A program made the translations under genes and the position numbers. A stretch of DNA of 26,926 nucleotides, taken from positions 1 through 26,926 of the IMG/VR virus record IMGVR_UViG_3300010244_000003; one strand, given 5' to 3'. This DNA comes from a virus. Lineage: Duplodnaviria; Caudoviricetes. Within the stretch, counting starts at the first letter, position 1, and every line of letters begins with the position of its first letter. Below are positions 24,605 to 26,926 of this stretch, in pieces. The notes below the pieces were generated by a model that was not told where the DNA came from, made no database searches, and saw only the letters and a program-made list of their open reading frames with translations.

Positions 24605-24606
24605 AC

Positions 24607-26421
24607 TTATTGGTAGGTCGCTTCGTAGGCTTCTCGATCATCGTCTCCGACGTAGCCGGCTCCCCAGTCGGGACCGAACACGTCAGCGTCAGCGGCGATG
24701 GTGAGCCCGCCGAAGTCCGTGGTCATGGTCTGTGCGATGGTCTCAGCGCCCCACTCAGCCTTGTCGCTGGGGACGCTTGCCAGGATCTCGTCGTGGATCG
24801 GAAGCCGGAGGTACGGAGTGAACCCCAAGGCATCCAGCCGCAGCAGAGCCGCAGCCGTGATGTCCCGGCTGGTGGATTGGATCATGTAGTTCAGCGCCGC
24901 GTAGGAGCGGTCCTGGTCCACGTACAGCCTCCGGCCAGACCCGGTTTCGATGAAGCCGTTTCTCTTCGCCTCCGCAGAGAGCTTGTTGGACAACCGCTTC
25001 ACGCCGGGGAAGGATCTCTCGAACCCCTCGATGACCTCCTTAGCCTTCTTCACCGAGATGCCGGTGGTGGCCGCGATGTTGCCGGCACCGGAGCCGTAGA
25101 CGTAGGCGAAGTTCGTTGTCTTGCCCACCGAGCGATCCACACCCGAGGCATCAGCGGTGATCTGGTGGAGATCATCGCCCCGCTGGAACGCCTGGATCAT
25201 GTTGCGGTCACCCGAGAGGGCCGCCAGCACACGCAGCTCCTGGGCCTGGTAGTCGCACGACACGATGGTCTCTCCGGGATCAGCGACGAAGCACCGGCGC
25301 ACTGTCCAGTCCGACGACGGAAGCGTCTGAGCCGGGATTCCGGTGATGCTCATGCGAGCGGTGCGAGCCAGCAACGGGTTGATGTTCGCGTGGCATCGGT
25401 TGTCACCGTCCCGCATGTCCAGGAACTTGTCCACCCAGCTGGTGCGCCACTTCTTGGCCTTCTTGGCCTCGGTGACAGCGGTTGCCAGCGGGTGGCCGTC
25501 CTCGGCCAGCGGTTCCAGGATCGTCTTGTCCAGCTTGTAGTTGCCGGAGTCGGTCAGCTCGGTGAGCCGTACACCGTCCTGGATCAGGTCCTCCGCCACC
25601 TGTGCGTTGGCGTTGACGGACTCGGTGCCGTACCCGGCCAGGGCCACAGCCTCCCACACGTCCTGCTCCTCCTGGAGCTGTTCGGAGTAGCGCTGGGCGT
25701 AGTCCACGTCCACCAGGAAGCCGTTGGCCTCGATCTCGGAACACACCCGAGCCAGCCGGTGCTCGGTGGCTATCAACCCGCGAGCAGCGGGGGGTACCCG
25801 TGGTAGCAGCATGTTACGCAGCCCGAAGGTGAGGATCACGTCCATGCCGGCGTAGAGCAGGTAGGTCTCGTTCCAGAGGTCGATGCTCTTGAACACCTCG
25901 CCCTTCTTGACCTTGATCTCGTTCGCCATTTGCATCATCGAGCCCTTGACGCTCTCAGCGACCTCCGGGTCAAGGTACGCAGCGGTCAGCTCCTGGAGAG
26001 AGTGGCCGGTGCCACCCTCCTGCTTAGATCGAGAGTCAACCAGGTGAGCGAGAATCTTTGTGTCCGTGATCCGTTCCCAGTCCAGCTGCACCCCGAAGTA
26101 CTGGCGGATAGCCAGCACATCGTAGGAGGCGTTGTGGAAGGTGAGCTGTTCCCCGTGAACGTAGATCCAGATCCGGTCGATCTGATACGGCTGCATCTCC
26201 TCCACGGGCAGCACCCAGGCATCCAGACCCGCACCGATCTGCACGGTGCGAACCCGGAAATCGGGGGAGAAGATGTCCAGTCCAGTGGTCTCGGTGTCGC
26301 AGGCGAAGTTAGCGCCCCGGTGGTGGTCCATCCAGCAGAAGAAATCCTCCAGATCATCCTCGTTCTCCACAATCCGGATAACAGCCTCCTGCCCTCCGAT
26401 TGCCTGGGTCATTAGTTTCAA
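24607..26421 (-). CDS. polA: phage family A DNA polymerase (3'-5' exonuclease + polymerase)
   Basis: ExoI DTETTGL, ExoII HNASYD, ExoIII YAGMD; motif A DYQAQELRVLA, B RSVGKTTNFAYVYG, C IHDE. Confidence 0.96.
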   Translation of the reverse strand: MKLMTQAIGGQEAVIRIVENEDDLEDFFCWMDHHRGANFACDTETTGLDIFSPDFRVRTVQIGAGLDAWVLPVEEMQPYQIDRIWIYVHGEQLTFHNASYDVLAIRQYFGVQLDWERITDTKILAHLVDSRSKQEGGTGHSLQELTAAYLDPEVAESVKGSMMQMANEIKVKKGEVFKSIDLWNETYLLYAGMDVILTFGLRNMLLPRVPPAARGLIATEHRLARVCSEIEANGFLVDVDYAQRYSEQLQEEQDVWEAVALAGYGTESVNANAQVAEDLIQDGVRLTELTDSGNYKLDKTILEPLAEDGHPLATAVTEAKKAKKWRTSWVDKFLDMRDGDNRCHANINPLLARTARMSITGIPAQTLPSSDWTVRRCFVADPGETIVSCDYQAQELRVLAALSGDRNMIQAFQRGDDLHQITADASGVDRSVGKTTNFAYVYGSGAGNIAATTGISVKKAKEVIEGFERSFPGVKRLSNKLSAEAKRNGFIETGSGRRLYVDQDRSYAALNYMIQSTSRDITAAALLRLDALGFTPYLRLPIHDEILASVPSDKAEWGAETIAQTMTTDFGGLTIAADADVFGPDWGAGYVGDDDREAYEATYQ

Positions 26422-26439
26422 TGTGCTTCCTTTCCTAGT

Positions 26440-26682
26440 TCACCAGTAGTCCCCCGTGATGATTCGGGAGACGGTGGCCGGGTTGATTCCGAAGTCCTCA
26501 GCGATCCTCCGCTGGTTAACCCCGGTGCGGTGCAGCATCCGGATGGATCTGACCTGCGAGTCGTCCAGTTTCTTCTGGTTGGAGTACCGGAAGATGTCCA
26601 GCACCTCCTCGGCAGCGTCCTCTGCCTCGTACTTCTTCAGCAGCGTTCTGACCTGTGCTTCTACAGAGTGCAAGACACGCAT
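26440..26682 (-). CDS. helix-turn-helix DNA-binding protein
   Basis: [11 protein letters not shown]...[22 protein letters not shown]; next to pol as in cluster A phages; start uncertain. Confidence 0.85.
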   Translation of the reverse strand: MRVLHSVEAQVRTLLKKYEAEDAAEEVLDIFRYSNQKKLDDSQVRSIRMLHRTGVNQRRIAEDFGINPATVSRIITGDYW

Positions 26683-26926
26683 CCTTCCACCTCGGTGCCG
26701 GTCAAGGCATCCTGCTTGATCCTTGTGTAGTAAAGCGTCTTTACCCCCTGCCGCCAGGCGTAGATGTAGGCCCGGTTCAGGTCGCGGGTGGTCGCATCGT
26801 CCTTGAAGAACATGGTCAGCGACAGCCCCTGATCGGTGTGCCGGGTCGCCACCGCGTAGGTGTCGATCAGCTTCTTGTAGCCGACCTCGTAAGCGTCCTG
26901 GTAGTAGGGCAGCGTCTCCTTGGACA
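26661..26926 (-). CDS. nrdE: ribonucleotide reductase class Ib alpha subunit, C-terminal fragment (runs off window)
   Basis: Frame open to window end: [31 protein letters not shown]...KTLYY...[10 protein letters not shown] with terminal CxxC. Confidence 0.92.
   Translation of the reverse strand, partial: SKETLPYYQDAYEVGYKKLIDTYAVATRHTDQGLSLTMFFKDDATTRDLNRAYIYAWRQGVKTLYYTRIKQDALTGTEVEGCVSCTL

Noticed and set aside
24610-24620. TTGGTAGGTCG identical to 14242-14252
   Set aside because: Single 11-bp match inside polA coding sequence; compatible with chance
24478-25806. 442-aa plus-strand ORF
   Set aside because: Antisense to polA and crosses two terminator-like hairpins
1-26926. L5-type stoperator array or CRISPR-like array
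   Set aside because: No recurring 13-bp asymmetric motif at gene junctions or regularly spaced repeats seen by eye; a MEME search would be needed to exclude a degenerate motif

Overview
Left ~27 kb of a GC-rich siphovirus infecting Mycobacteriales (probably Corynebacterium or a relative), organised like L5/cluster A mycobacteriophages. The + strand carries a structured non-coding left end, then HNH endonuclease, small terminase, two tail/receptor-binding genes, a lysis cassette (GH19+C39 endolysin and three membrane proteins), large terminase, portal, MuF-like protease, scaffold, HK97 capsid, connectors, major tail protein, frameshifted tail chaperones, tape measure and four minor tail genes. 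A ~500-bp structured junction with no integrase follows. The - strand arm then begins with a family A DNA polymerase, an HTH gene and the 3' end of a class Ib NrdE. The most unusual signals are non-coding: CRP/GlxR-like boxes at the -61.5 position of repeated -10 motifs, a boxB-like hairpin pair flanking a terminator, a loop-to-RBS pseudoknot before the tail chaperone, and a sense/antisense RNA module next to the polymerase. Family assignments come from motif recognition and synteny only; no searches or folding programs were run.
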